From an uncultured Acidimicrobiia bacterium (GTDB lineage: Bacteria > Acidobacteriota > Terriglobia > Versatilivoradales > Versatilivoraceae), in contig CAWBAT010000004.1 of assembly GCA_963786955.1 (NCBI GenBank), positions 1 to 64,000 of the forward strand: 64,000 nt of DNA. Reading direction: 5' to 3'. This document shows, piece by piece, positions 1 to 11,333 of this stretch; within the stretch, counting starts at the first letter, position 1, and the number at the start of each line of letters is the position of its first letter. Position numbers and translations under genes: made by a program. The notes below the pieces were generated by a model. That model ran no database searches, had not been told where the DNA came from, and saw nothing but the letters and a program-made list of their open reading frames with translations.

Positions 1-64
1 AGAAATTCGATAATGTTAACGCCCGGTCGTAGACCGGGCCTACACCGTAATTGTGAATACAGCA

Positions 65-312
65 CTAACCTGGATTTTTCCACCACCGGGGGAAAACAGA
101 AACAGTAGAGTAGCGAAACCATTTGAAGTCAGAGCGCTTTGGCAACGTAGGGAACGCTGCGGCGAGCGTCCCCTACAAACAGTTCGACAATTTCTTTCCA
201 CCTCTTCTCTCCTTTGGAAAGAGGAACCCAATAATGAATTATCGGCTCCCCTCGCCCCAACGAGGGAGAGGGGCCCGGGGGTGAGGGGAATGCGGTGCCG
301 GTGGTGAGAAAT
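65..312. mobile_element. MITE-like non-autonomous element (copy A), carries GTAG-type REP hairpins
   Basis: Imperfect terminal inverted repeats GGATTTTTCCACCACCGG / CCGGTGGTGAGAAAT. It is the near-identical reverse complement of 30763-31190 minus that copy's internal insertion. Confidence 0.7.
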
Positions 313-920
313 ACAGTACTCAGTAGGCAAGCCTTTGGCACAGTGCCAGCTGCTCATAGGGGGTCTTAACCGTGGCTTACGAGTTAAGCAGACTCGCAGG
401 GTTGAATTTTGGATACGGACATGGCCGGAATCATGCATTTCACTAATTTTTTCCACTTCATGGAAGCAACCGAGGCGGCCTTTCTTCGGTCGCTGGGGTT
501 TTCGATTTTCCGGGGACCGAAGAAGGGCAAGTGGGATGGCCTAGGGTGCACGCGGATTGTGATTTCAGGCATCCCTTGCGTTTTGAGGATTTAGTGGAAT
601 TCATCTTCTGGTTCGGGAGAAGAAGGAACGAGCTCTTGTTTACACTTTCATTTTTCGTAAGCTCAACGCAATCCCTATCCAAGAAGTAGCCAGAGGCACA
701 ATTATTACAACCTGCGTGACCCATGATCCAGTAACCGGCAAAATCGTGCTGTCCCCATTCCCCTGGACTTTGCCGACAAGATAGAGGTCGCACCCAAAGA
801 CCTACTAATATAAACGCAGTATGTTTTGTGACAATTTCCCCCTCACCTCCAGCCCCTCTCCCTTGGGGAGAGACCTCTGAGGTGATAAGTCAACTATTAT
901 TTGCACAGGAAAATGACAAT

Positions 921-2200
921 TTATTCACAAATGGTCTCCGTGGTTGGAGAGGACAATGCTTCTCCCAGGGGAGACCCACGATGCCGCAAGGTAGCCAGGT
1001 AATATTGTTCGTCGTAAGGTGTATGCTTCCTTCCAACAGCGGAACATGATCCGAAGCCATTTGTAGCCCAGGGCGCGCAGTGCCGCGTGATGAGACTTGC
1101 CGGCCGCGCGGAGGCGGTCATAGCAGGTCCGCGCCCACAGGGACCGGCGAATCGACTGTTCCGAGAATTCCTGGACGCTTTGGCGCAAGAATTTCGGACA
1201 AGCCCACCGCCAATGGACCCGATGGGACTTGCCGCTTTTTTCGGTGACTGGGGCGATGCCCGACAGGAGCTGTACTTCGCAGGCCAAGTGAAAACGGTCC
1301 CGATCCGATCCGAACAAAGTCAGGAGGCGGGGGCCCAAAGCCGGCCCGGCCCCGGGGAAACTGTGGAACACATCGTAGTCGGGATGCTTTTCAAACAGCT
1401 CTTTGATTTGTTGGTTAAATTGGGAGATCGATTCGATCAGGGTCCGAACCTGGCACATCAAGGCCTGCACCATCAGGGCTGAGGCCCGGGTGACGGCAGG
1501 GTCTCGCGTAGGGGTTGAGCCTGGCGAATTTCTTCCAGCAGTGAGTCGATCGACCGGCCCGAGGGGCAACCGTGATGGCGGTAAAATTTCTCCAGAGTGG
1601 TCCTGGAACTCCGGCGCAGCTGATCCAGACTGGACCACTTTTGCAGAAAATCGCAAGCCCGCAAGGTGTCGGGATCTCCCGCCCAGGACAAGGCTTGAGG
1701 GAAATAGCCTTTCAACAGGCTGGTGACCTCGTTGGTCAGAGCGGTCTTCTGGTTGACCAGCTTGCGTCGCGCTTCGCTGAGCAGGCGCAGGCAGCGGGTG
1801 TCGGGGTCGTCGGGAACCCAAACGCGGAGCACTTAAAGATGCTTCTCCAGCAGTTCCAGCAAGAGCGCGGCATCGGTGGGATCATCCTTGGCGCCACTGG
1901 GATAAGAGGGCTTTGCGAAACTTGGCCAAGGTTAGAAGGTTGACTGGATAGAGCCGCAAGAAGTCCACGTCCATCAGGGCATACAACAAGGCGCCCCGCG
2001 ATTGCTCCAGGATGATGGCTACCGGGCGGCCCCCAAATCGCAGTCGCAATTGCTGGATCCAAGCTTGCAGGCTTTCCGGTTTTTGGTCCACCACTAGATA
2101 TTCGACGGTGACCAGAGCCGGCCGCCCGCAGACAAATGACATGTTGTTGGTCGGCCCAATCTAAACCAATGAAGGCAGCAATTTCAGAATCAGAACTCAT
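921..2200 (-). pseudogene. IS110 recombinase/transposase, multiply frameshifted
   Basis: Fragments in ORFs 1736..2257, 1882..2142, 1473..1832, 925..1821 and 921..1121 give FIGLDWAD, ILEQSRG, SFPGAGP, APVTEKSGKS and RALGYKWLRIMFRCWK. They are colinear with the intact copy at 27516-28817. Confidence 0.9.
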
Positions 2201-2242
2201 GATCTCCTCCCGTTCTAGGATAAAGAGAAGGAACCTCGCCAG

Positions 2243-2374
2243 CTGGGGCCCGCGCAACCCTTATAGGGGAGTCCTCTCGGGGCAGCCTCTGAGAATGCGT
2301 TTCAGCTCCAGCCCCCTCCCGTTCGAAAGTCTCTCCCTGATCGTCGCACGATCGGTGGTTTGTTCGTAACGGGA
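2243..2374 (-). ncRNA. Bridge-RNA-like target-binding and donor-binding loops of IS110 copy 1
   Basis: Target loop 2317-2374 has stem TCCCGTT/AACGGGA with guides CCACC and GGGAGAG matching the flanking target. Donor loop 2243-2311 has CTCAGAGG and CTATAAG matching the element's own ends. The RNA's 5' and 3' ends are unknown. Confidence 0.8.
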
Positions 2375-2704
2375 GGATGGCGGGTGACAACCCCTCCATT
2401 TAATCCCAATTCCCTCAACGAGGGGTATGGTTCTGTTGGCCTTCATGGCTTTTGCACAAAATCCACAGCTTCCACAAAGAAAGAAAAAGAGGCAAAAAAG
2501 AAAGAAACGCTACGACGGCTATTCATATACTCATCCTCGGGCAACCCTGTTGTACCGACTATAAGGGTGGCCAAAAGCCGGGTGAGGGGAACGATTCAAG
2601 GGTGACCCAAAGTGTAACTTTACTTCGTGCGTTTGTATTAGCTAAGATTTAATGGTTGGGCAGCGACGTTTCTGTGCCGCTTGCTCCAGATCGCAAGACT
2701 TCTC

Positions 2705-3993
2705 ATGACTTCGCTTTGTCATCCGGATCGTCCATCCATTGAAAACGACCAATTCCTAAAATTGCGCGCACTTCTGGCAGAACTGATCCCCGGTAATCTC
2801 TTCTACTCTCGTAAACTCCAATCGGTGGGGATTGGCCCGGAGATTTCGAGCCTCGATGATTTCCTGGAACGCATGCCCTTCACTTCCAAGAAAGAACTCG
2901 TTGAAGACCAGTCCCGTACTCCACCTTATGGTTCAAACCTGACCTATCCATTAGACAAGTACACGCGATTCAGCCAGACGAGTGCCACGAGTGGGACTCC
3001 CCTGCGGTGGTTGGATACCCGTGAGAGTTGGCAATGGATGCTCGACAATTGGGAACGGATCTACCAGGCCGCCGGGATCGAATCGAAGGACCGGCTCTTT
3101 TTTGCATTTTCTTTCGCTCCTTTCCTGGGATTCTGGACGGCATTTGAAGCGGCCGTGCGCATGGGATGCCTGTGCATTCCGGGAGGAGGGTTGAACGGTG
3201 CCTCACGCTTGAAGCTGATCCTGGATAACCGAGTGACCGTATTGTTGTGCACGCCCACTTATGCACTGCGGTTACAGAAGTCGCAGCCGAACAAAAATTG
3301 GATCTCGCGCGCGGAGAGGTCAGAAAGATCATCGTTGCGGGTGAACCGGGTGGCAGCGTGCCCCGTCTGCGGGCTCGGATCGAAAGGGTGTGGCCAGGCG
3401 CTGCAGTGGTGGACCATCATGGCATGACTGAGACGGGGCCCGTGAGCTACGGGTGCGCAACCCGACCCAATGTGCTGCACATCATCGAATCGGCTTACCT
3501 TGCCGAGGTGTTGGATCCCGAGAGCAGTCGAAGGGTTCTTCCTGGTCAAAAAGGAGAACTCGTCTTGACCAACTTAGGCCGAACTGGTTCTCCACTCTTG
3601 CGCTATCGGACCGGTGACCTGGTGGAAGCCGCACCGGAACAGCCTTGTCAATGTGGGTCCTACGAGCTTGCCTTAGAAGGAGGAATCCTTGGACGAACAG
3701 ATGACATGGTCATTATTCGGGGAGTGAACATCTACCCCTGCGCCATCGATGAGATTCTGCGTCAATTCGAAGAAGTCGGAGAATATCGAGTTGAAGTTAA
3801 CACGACGAATGCCTTGCCTGAATTGAAAATTCAAATTGAGCCAGCGTCTCAGGTCCAGAGTTTGGACATTCTAACCAAACAAATTGAGGCCCTGCTTCAA
3901 AAGACCTTTGCTCTGCGCATCCCTGTTCAGGCTGCACCGAGCGGATCTCTTCCCCGCTTCGAAATGAAAGCGACTCGTTGGGTGAGGTCATAA
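2705..3993 (+). CDS. Phenylacetate-CoA ligase (PaaK)/F390 synthetase-like adenylate-forming enzyme, frameshift near 3270
   Basis: TSATSG P-loop, LLCTPTYAL, VAGEPGG, HHGMTE, LRYRTGD and GRTDDM spread over ORFs 2681..3427 and 3247..3993. Confidence 0.8.
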
Positions 3994-4114
3994 GCCGAAT
4001 TCAACCGGCAGGTATATTTGTCCTCTTGTTTGTAACTTCGTATCCGCTCGCTTATCCGGAGTCCCAAAGGCGAATGCCAAGAACCTGAAGCCGCTTTAAA
4101 GCTAATCCATCTCC

Positions 4115-5382
4115 ATGTCAAATTTTGAAATCTCCTCGCATTTCTTTTTCCAACTTGCTTTCATCCTAACCATCTGCCGCATCGTGGGTTTGGCCGCCCG
4201 GAAAATCAGACGACCGCAAGTGGTTGCTGAAATGATCGCCGGGGCGTTGATGGGGCCTTCTTTTTTCGGGCTTTTTTTCCTGACCTCCAAAGTCGGCTCT
4301 TTCCCAAAGCTTCGATGACGATTCTCTATGCCGTGAGCCAAGTGGGATTGGTTCTTTATATGTTTCTGGTTGGACTGGAATTTCGGTCTGACATTATCCG
4401 CCAGCGCCTCCGGAGTGCTATCTCCGTTTCATTGGCTGGAGTCCTTGCACTACTCCTACTGGGAGGACTCCTGGCGATCTCCCCAATCAATGGTCCGGAA
4501 TTTTTTTCCGCTGGGGTTTCCACTTGGCACAAGATGTTGTTCTTGGGTGCAGCGATGTCAATCACCGCATTTCCGGTACTTGCGCGGATAATTGATGAGA
4601 GTGGCCTTACCGGAACCTCATTGGGAACTCTGACATTGGCCGCCGGGTCAATGGATGATGCATTGGCGTGGTGCCTCCTTGCCATCGTCCTCACCGGTTT
4701 TAGTGGGAATGGGACATTGGCTGTTTCTGCTGTGGGAGGCGGCGTGCTTTATGCAGCCGTGATTCTATTTCCCGGCAAATCTCTCTTAAGGCGACTCGGG
4801 ACATTGGCGGAACGCAGTCAAGGTGTGAGTGGTGGAATGCTCCCCTTCACCTTGATTTTAGTGATGATGGGGGCCTGGTTCACGGATACGATTAGGATTT
4901 ACGCGGTCTTCGGGGCATTCATTCTCGGAGCGGCGATGCCCCGCGGCATCTTCGCACGTGAAGTGCAAGGCTTCTTAGCACCGCTGACCACGAACCTCTT
5001 GTTGCCCTTGTTTTTCGTTTATTCGGGATTAAACACGCGGATTCGATTATTGAATTCGCGCTGGCTTTGGTTGGTCGCACTCCTTGTCTTGTTGGCTTCC
5101 TGCTTCGGAAAAGGTTTCGCTTGCTGGCTGGCTGCACGCTGGAACGGGGAAAGCCCGCGTGATGCCATGGCGATTGGCACCCTCATGAATGCGCGCGGTT
5201 TGATGGAGTTGATTCTCTTGAATATCGGGTTAGAACAAGGAATCATCACTCCGACCCTTTTTACAATGATGGTCATGATGGCAATTGTAACTACCGTGAT
5301 GACATTACCGATTTTCGAGTGGGTTTATCGGCGGCCGCAACAAATTAGAACTGCAGGTGCCGAGGCCACCAGGGGAACATGA
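4115..5382 (+). CDS. Cation:proton antiporter (CPA2 family), frameshift near 4290
   Basis: PQVVAEMIAGALMGPS, LYMFLVGLE, SITAFPVLARI and MNARGLMELI motifs; many TM helices. Confidence 0.85.
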
Positions 5383-5602
5383 AGGAAGATGGGTTGGGTT
5401 TGTTGTGTTCTATAGTCAAGTCGACGCGCTGCACCCTTGCCCAAGTGTAGCGCGGACCCGAAGTCCCCCTTCGACGGGGGTGCCGCTTTACGGCAGGGGA
5501 TGTAAAGGGTCCGCGGCTTTTCACCTTACCGGTTTCAAAAAGCCGCAGAGTTAAAAATCAACTTTGAGCTACCCCCTACATGGGATCATGCAAGACTCGA
5601 CC

Positions 5603-6934
5603 TTATGGTCTTTCCCCTTCTGGAAGTATCAATTCGTTAGCTTTGTGCTGGGCATCTTGCATGGATGTTCCACAATCCCAGGCGGGTGGTGGCTGCTTAC
5701 CACTGGGGTACAACGACTCCATCGGTTGCCAGACTTTGTCCACCGAATCTGTGAATAAATCTCCGATCAACAGGTCGGTGACCGTCCCTTTGAGGTGAGG
5801 GTAATTGCGGACAAATCCGCCAAAACTGAATCCATCATAATACTCACAGACAAGGCGACGCATGCGATCGACGCCTTGGTTAAAGACTTCTCCCCACTTT
5901 CCAAGCTGATGGCCGGAAACATCTCCGCTTTGGAGCCCCTCCACGATGGCATCGGCCGCCATCTCACCCGATTTCAAAGCCAAAAGCACTCCCGAAGAGT
6001 AGAGTGGATCCAGGAATCCGAAGGCGTCGCCGACGGTCACCCAACCATCGCCTGCCACCTGATTTGAGCGGTAGGAATAGTCTTTGGTCGCGAAGTAGCC
6101 GGTCGCTCGCTGTCCGACGGACACGCGTTTCTTCACAGCCGGGCAACTTTCCACTTCTTCCTGATAGGTCTGTTCATGGCTGACCCGACCCGAAAAAAGA
6201 TAGTCAAACGGCGCGACCACCCCGACACTGACACGGTCGTCATGGAGAGGGATGTACCAGAACCAGCCTTGTCGATTAGCGGTCTGGAGAACGAGGGTCG
6301 CGCCTTCGTCTCGCCCGCTATCCCGGTAAGCTCCCTGCCAATAGGTCCAAATGGCTCCTTTGTTGAGCACGGGATCCCAAACTCGAAGCTTAAACTTGTT
6401 CTGCAATAGGCCCGTTTGACCGCTGGCGTCGACAACGACGCGCGCTCGTATTTCCTGGATTGTTCCGTCTGCCTGCTGAATCTTCACGCCCACCGCACGC
6501 TCTTCTTCGAAGAGCACGTCACGGACACGCACCCCCTCATGGGCCTTCACGCCATGTTCTCGAGAGTTATCCAACATCATCAAATCGAACTCGCTGCGCA
6601 CAACCTGCCAGGTCTGCGAAGATTCGTGCGGCTTATTGTCCCAGAAGTAAAATGGGGCCGACTCTCTCCCATTGGCGCTGACGAACTGTACACTGTGCTT
6701 TTTGACGAAGTGGCTTCTCCTCAGTTTTTCGAGCATGCCCAGCCGTTCGAGCACCCAATACGTCTCAGGGATCAGCGATTCGCCAATGTGGAAGCGCGGG
6801 AAGTGTTCACGTTCATAGAGTTCGACGTGATAGCCCTGCTGCGCGATGAGGGCTGAGACGGTGGAACCGGCCGGCCCCCCACCAATAACGACCACGTCTG
6901 GATGCCGAGAGTGGTTTGTGCTGGATGTTCCCAT
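5603..6934 (-). CDS. FAD-dependent oxidoreductase, flavin-dependent halogenase-like
   Basis: GGGPAG, FPRFHIGESL, VVDASG, WFWYIP (WxWxIP) and GDAFGFLDPLYSSGV. Confidence 0.8.
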   Translation of the reverse strand: MGTSSTNHSRHPDVVVIGGGPAGSTVSALIAQQGYHVELYEREHFPRFHIGESLIPETYWVLERLGMLEKLRRSHFVKKHSVQFVSANGRESAPFYFWDNKPHESSQTWQVVRSEFDLMMLDNSREHGVKAHEGVRVRDVLFEEERAVGVKIQQADGTIQEIRARVVVDASGQTGLLQNKFKLRVWDPVLNKGAIWTYWQGAYRDSGRDEGATLVLQTANRQGWFWYIPLHDDRVSVGVVAPFDYLFSGRVSHEQTYQEEVESCPAVKKRVSVGQRATGYFATKDYSYRSNQVAGDGWVTVGDAFGFLDPLYSSGVLLALKSGEMAADAIVEGLQSGDVSGHQLGKWGEVFNQGVDRMRRLVCEYYDGFSFGGFVRNYPHLKGTVTDLLIGDLFTDSVDKVWQPMESLYPSGKQPPPAWDCGTSMQDAQHKANELILPEGERP

Positions 6935-6945
6935 GGGATTCCTTT

Positions 6946-9267
6946 CTATTGAGTCTCCACGAGCACGCAGCTCAATGGAGGAAGTATCATGTCCAACTTT
7001 CCATCATTAACCTGGCGGGTCTCGGATTTCATTTGGTCTAGTGATTCTGAGAGCAGCACTTTTTTCCCCAAGCGATCGTCCACAATCGAAATGGGCTGCT
7101 GTTCTTTTGTCCAGTTGGCAAGGACAACCGCAAACTTCCCTTGCGGGTCACGCCAGGCAGAGTGAAAAACGGCTGGAACATGATTGTCGATTCCCTCCCA
7201 TTGCCACTGGATGGTCTTGATCATTGAGATACTCGCCGGGGACTGCATCCTACCATACACTAGATAGCCTTTAGCTTTTCCACGGCGTAAGGAGATCGCT
7301 CGGCGCAATGTTTCCAGTGAATCCTCGTTGTCGCCGACCTGAGGTTCCCAGGGCGCCCAGTTATTGGTATCCCTGTTCAAAAGCCTGCCGTCACCGGTGA
7401 TTACCCCTCCGGGGATCTCGCCAACAACAAGGTTGTAGGACGTTCGGATCGGCATGTGGTAAGGCTCCGGCGCATATCCAAATCCACCTTGCATCAACAC
7501 AAACTCATGATACAGGAAATGATACAGCGGGATGAAACGCTTCTCATACCCGGAATGCCCAGGAGGAATCACTCGGACATCACAGACCTGGAAATTGGGC
7601 ATGAAATATTCGTTAGGAGGCGTCTCCACCGAGAAAACGATCCTACGCTTCCCCGCGCTTTGCCTCTCAGTTTCTTGGCCCATTTTTTTAAAAGAGTCGA
7701 GGAGCTGCTGCATGCTGCTAGTCATCCAGCCGCCCGGACTGTCTGCATGGCCGTGATCCCGGGCAAAGCACGGAAATGTGGAGCAGCCCACGTTTTGATC
7801 CAGAAACTGGATCCAATCGAGGCCGTCATCGATCAGTCTCTCAACAAAGCGGACCGCAATCTCTTGCGTCTTTGGAACGGAGAGACAACCCGCATAACTC
7901 GGCCGCCAGGTCTGAGCCCAATTCTCTTCCCAGAGTTTCTGGTCGTGTGTTCGGCAAACACTCTTTTCTCCCTCGTGCTCAAGGAAATATTGCTCACCAT
8001 CGTAACCACTCCAGTAATGATGAGTTACCCAACGTGTTCCATTACAGAAACTGCCCACATGCCACCCGCGATTTCTTGCCAGCCCAGTAAATTCCTTGAG
8101 GGATTGGTCTCCCCCTGCCGGTGGAAAGCAGTCCGGGTAAATCCAGGGACCTGGGCGCTCCCAAGACATTACAACGGGAGTTACACCGGAATTAATCCGG
8201 TTCGAAATCTTTTCGAGCAACGGAATAATTTTAGGATAAGGAAGAAACTCAGGATTGGGCTCAGCGGGCCCCACATCCAATTGCCCTTGAATCCGAACGA
8301 TGATGTGGGGCGATGAATCTAAGAGCCAGGATGGGACATCCGTTCGTCGGGACAACGGCTTCTGGGCCCAAGGTTGGGTCAATGACCATTGTCGATACAA
8401 GTCGGCAGCATCGTACCAATCCCCGGCAAAAGTGCGGACCACGACGTCGTAAGGAAGCTGCCTTTCGCCTGTCCTGGGCCAATCACCTACGTGGGAAATA
8501 CCTAATCGTAACCCCCCGGACCGATGATGCACCGGTTTGATCAGCTTAATGCCTCCTGAATGGTCTTGGCAGCTGACGTAGATGCCCGCTCGATCATTGT
8601 AGTACGCCAGGAACTGGGCAAAGGTAAGGCCAGGATAATGGCTGGTGTCACCGTTTTCGGGACGAAACTGCCAGGCGTGGGGACTGTCGGGCTCTAAGTC
8701 CTGCGGATTGGGTGCCCTAAATAGTTGACCCGACGTATATGGCCTCAAAAGAGCTTCGGTACCAGGCTTCCCAGCCAAGTGATATGGAAGGACGATGAAA
8801 GGGAACTGAACGTCCGTGATCAAGAGCCCAGCCTTGTTGTCAATGGAGATCGACCAGTGGCTGGATGGGGCACCGGGCACTACTCGAATCGTGACGATGG
8901 CGTCCAGATCTAACCCGCCCAAGGCGTGAAACTGAATTGCCAGCATCGGCTCGGACTGGCTCGTCGGCTTGATGTCAATTCTTGCCGCCTGGCTGGAGCT
9001 AACCTGATGGAAGTTATGCTTGTCGTCCAGATACTGAACCACGAAAACAGGATCATCGTCGTGCGGAAATATGAATTCCTGATCTGTCGCTTGCGATGCG
9101 CGAAGAGACCTCAACTGGCCAGTTTTTGAGCTGAAAGTGAGCCTGTGATTCCCGTTGTCCAGAAAGATGGTGGACGTATTGGCGTCGGCGTATGATGGCG
9201 CTACGTGTAGGATGAGTATGAAGAATCCCAAAATCAATCCCCTGAAAAACGAGGGAGAGGCGATCAT
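6946..9267 (-). CDS. Large secreted protein, probable glycoside-hydrolase-like TIM barrel (DUF6259-like)
   Basis: Signal-like segment FFRGLILGFFILILHVAPSYA. GDWYDAADLYRQW and WIQFLDQ motifs; Trp/Tyr-rich. Start uncertain (ORF extends to 9399). Confidence 0.55.
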   Translation of the reverse strand: MIASPSFFRGLILGFFILILHVAPSYADANTSTIFLDNGNHRLTFSSKTGQLRSLRASQATDQEFIFPHDDDPVFVVQYLDDKHNFHQVSSSQAARIDIKPTSQSEPMLAIQFHALGGLDLDAIVTIRVVPGAPSSHWSISIDNKAGLLITDVQFPFIVLPYHLAGKPGTEALLRPYTSGQLFRAPNPQDLEPDSPHAWQFRPENGDTSHYPGLTFAQFLAYYNDRAGIYVSCQDHSGGIKLIKPVHHRSGGLRLGISHVGDWPRTGERQLPYDVVVRTFAGDWYDAADLYRQWSLTQPWAQKPLSRRTDVPSWLLDSSPHIIVRIQGQLDVGPAEPNPEFLPYPKIIPLLEKISNRINSGVTPVVMSWERPGPWIYPDCFPPAGGDQSLKEFTGLARNRGWHVGSFCNGTRWVTHHYWSGYDGEQYFLEHEGEKSVCRTHDQKLWEENWAQTWRPSYAGCLSVPKTQEIAVRFVERLIDDGLDWIQFLDQNVGCSTFPCFARDHGHADSPGGWMTSSMQQLLDSFKKMGQETERQSAGKRRIVFSVETPPNEYFMPNFQVCDVRVIPPGHSGYEKRFIPLYHFLYHEFVLMQGGFGYAPEPYHMPIRTSYNLVVGEIPGGVITGDGRLLNRDTNNWAPWEPQVGDNEDSLETLRRAISLRRGKAKGYLVYGRMQSPASISMIKTIQWQWEGIDNHVPAVFHSAWRDPQGKFAVVLANWTKEQQPISIVDDRLGKKVLLSESLDQMKSETRQVNDGKLDMILPPLSCVLVETQ

Positions 9268-9593
9268 CAGTCGCGGCTTTTGATCGGATCTTAAGCCGAG
9301 CATGCTACGGAGAGTCGTAAGAGATTTCCTCACGGATTTTCCTTTCATCAGGGGCAAATGAAGTACAGTGCATGCACATTGCCATCCTTCCAAGACCATC
9401 GAATTATAACTCAGCTATAGCTCAAGGACTAGCCGTCAAGAGTAGCCTGTGAACACATAAGCAAGAGCTTAGACGGAATCGTTGTCGCGCTCCACAGAAA
9501 TTAGCTTGGAACTTACCCTTTCAAGTTTCATCTGAAAATGAATGAGTCGGGATCGCCCGGAAGCGGGCCGATGGCCGCTGCTTCCTCTTGCGA

Positions 9594-9706
9594 GCCCTGA
9601 AAGGCTTCAGAGAATAGCCCAGGCAAAAGCGAGGCAGGGGCCTCGCGCGCCGCCCTGGGGGAGTGATGTCAAGGAGTCCCGACCCTGAAAGGGTCGAACA
9701 GAAAGC
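9594..9706. repeat. 113-bp REP-like palindromic unit (GCCCTGAAAGG...TAGCCCAGG family)
   Basis: Near-identical inverted copy at 24288-24400; internal hairpin GACCCTGAAAGGGTC. Confidence 0.8.
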
Positions 9707-9728
9707 TTAGCAGGCGAATCCATAAAAG

Positions 9729-10416
9729 CTAGAAGTAGATAGAAATTGTCAGGCCAATAGCATTCACATACTTGGGTGTCGATGTTTTATTATTGTCGTG
9801 CTCATAGTAAGGGCAAAAGTCAAAATGCTTTCCTGCTGGAATGTCCACTCCATATTGGTGTGTAATCTTATTCCATGATTCGGAGGCACTGCTATAGAAG
9901 AACTCAGCCTGCGCATAGGGCGAAAACAAGAAACGGTTGATTCTGAATGATCGTTGCAGTACCGGGCGGTTTCGGTAGCGCCAGGAGAAAGCACTCCCTT
10001 CAATGAAACGGAGATCAACCCGGCTGCGAACAGCTAATTGCATTTTCCAGGGCAATGGAACTTGAGGTGTCACGTCAAATTCGGCTCTGTTTTCCGGAGC
10101 CTGATTGAGCCCTGCAGGTATATCGATAACCAATTCCAAACGTTAATAGGTGATCATTCTGCGTGTCGAGAGTCGACAGCCTGGGTTTGATAAAACGTTT
10201 GGCGAAGATGTTGAGTGTTGGCCCGAATTCAACGGATTGATAGTCGATTCCGTCAGTTGATCAAGATGCAACAAGCTTGAGCCGCGTCTTGGGATTAAAG
10301 GAGTGATAGATATCGAGCTCAGGCCAGAACTGGTTGCTGGATGTCTGTGCGCCCGCGAGCTGTCCGAGCGCTACACAAGTCGCAATGAATAGAATACAGC
10401 GAAGAAAATTCTTCAT
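9729..10416 (-). pseudogene. DUF2490-like outer-membrane beta-barrel, broken by a stop and a frameshift
   Basis: Signal peptide MKNFLRCILFIA...AGAQ and QFWPELD upstream. RSRVDLRF, WRYRNR and terminal ISIYF in ORF 9729..10139. Confidence 0.6.
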
Positions 10417-10489
10417 TGGCAAATTTCGCAGCATAGCTGTAGCCGCCCATCTGCCACGTAGCGGAAGGCCGGCCCCAGGCCAAGGGCAG

Positions 10490-10585
10490 TGGTAGCCACG
10501 ATGAATTCGCTTTCCGATTCATCGTGGGCTTGTGCGTTCGGTCTCGAAAAGCCCACGGGGGAAAAAGTACTCGCCGAGGCTACCA
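10490..10585. repeat. Palindromic repeat family B, copy 1
   Basis: TGGTAGCC...GGCTACCA ends and hairpin CACGATGAAT/ATTCATCGTG. Homologous to 11511-11623 and, inverted, to 21107-21249. Confidence 0.75.
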
Positions 10586-10619
10586 ACATTCAAGCCCGAA
10601 AAGACCCTTCAGTAATCGA

Positions 10620-11333
10620 TCATTTTGCAAGCTTCTGATAATTACTGCCACTGATCTTGACTACAATCTGCTTGGCCGCTACATCCAGGATTTTGTCTGC
10701 CGCATAATTCGTACCATCCGGCAGATTCTGAAAATTTACTGTCAGTGAAATCGCATCCTTGTCTTGTTCATCCAGGTAAGTATTCACACTGAGCTGGCGA
10801 ATTGTCTTGGCCGCCTTATCGACTGTAAAAGTTACCGCATCCCCGCTCTTCACGTAGTTCTTGAACTGGAGCTGAATGGCATCAGGACCAGCCTGGCTGA
10901 GAGAAGTGTTCCCGGCTGCCACCACCGCCTTCAACTTGTCCGGGGAAGGAGGTACATAGCGTTCAATCAACGAAACAGCCCGCTCCATGTAGTCCTTCAT
11001 CTCGTCAGTCTTTTTTTCGACGATCTTGCCCCTGAGCCCGCGCTTCTTCTTCTGTTCCGCGGGTTCAGATAACATGGTTTTTTGCACTTTGCCGTCCGGT
11101 CCGTAACGGCACGACTCAATTTTCGTGCTCTTCACCTCGCCCTTCAGGCTAAGCTGAGTCTTTTGGATCCAGCTATAATGGCGCAGAGCCGCCTGGTTTC
11201 GGGCCACAGATTCCTTCAAGGCGGCTACTTTCTGTTGGATCATCTGGTTGAGGTCCTGAGCCCCTGCTGTTAATACCAAAAGCAGACAGGCGCAACAAGC
11301 TATCCACCAGGTCGCTATCCGATTCCGTTTCAT
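10620..11333 (-). CDS. Secreted hypothetical protein
   Basis: Signal peptide MKRNRIATWWIACCACLLLVLTAGA; soluble Lys-rich mature part. Confidence 0.75.
   Translation of the reverse strand: MKRNRIATWWIACCACLLLVLTAGAQDLNQMIQQKVAALKESVARNQAALRHYSWIQKTQLSLKGEVKSTKIESCRYGPDGKVQKTMLSEPAEQKKKRGLRGKIVEKKTDEMKDYMERAVSLIERYVPPSPDKLKAVVAAGNTSLSQAGPDAIQLQFKNYVKSGDAVTFTVDKAAKTIRQLSVNTYLDEQDKDAISLTVNFQNLPDGTNYAADKILDVAAKQIVVKISGSNYQKLAK

Larger units (their letters stand above)
871..2565 (-). mobile_element. IS110-family insertion sequence, copy 1
   Basis: CT core (AG on + strand) at 871-872 and 2564-2565, with no TIRs. Removing the element restores the palindromic repeat CCCCTCACC...CTCTCCCTTGGGGAG-AG-GGTGGCC...GGTGAGGGG. 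Confidence 0.9.

Noticed and set aside
335-800. Short overlapping ORFs or possible ncRNA between MITE A and IS110
   Set aside because: No recognisable motif, RBS or convincing structure.
921-2200. Programmed frameshifting in IS110 copy 1
   Set aside because: There are several scattered shifts, the homologous copy 2 is one ORF, and IS110 elements are not known to need frameshifting.
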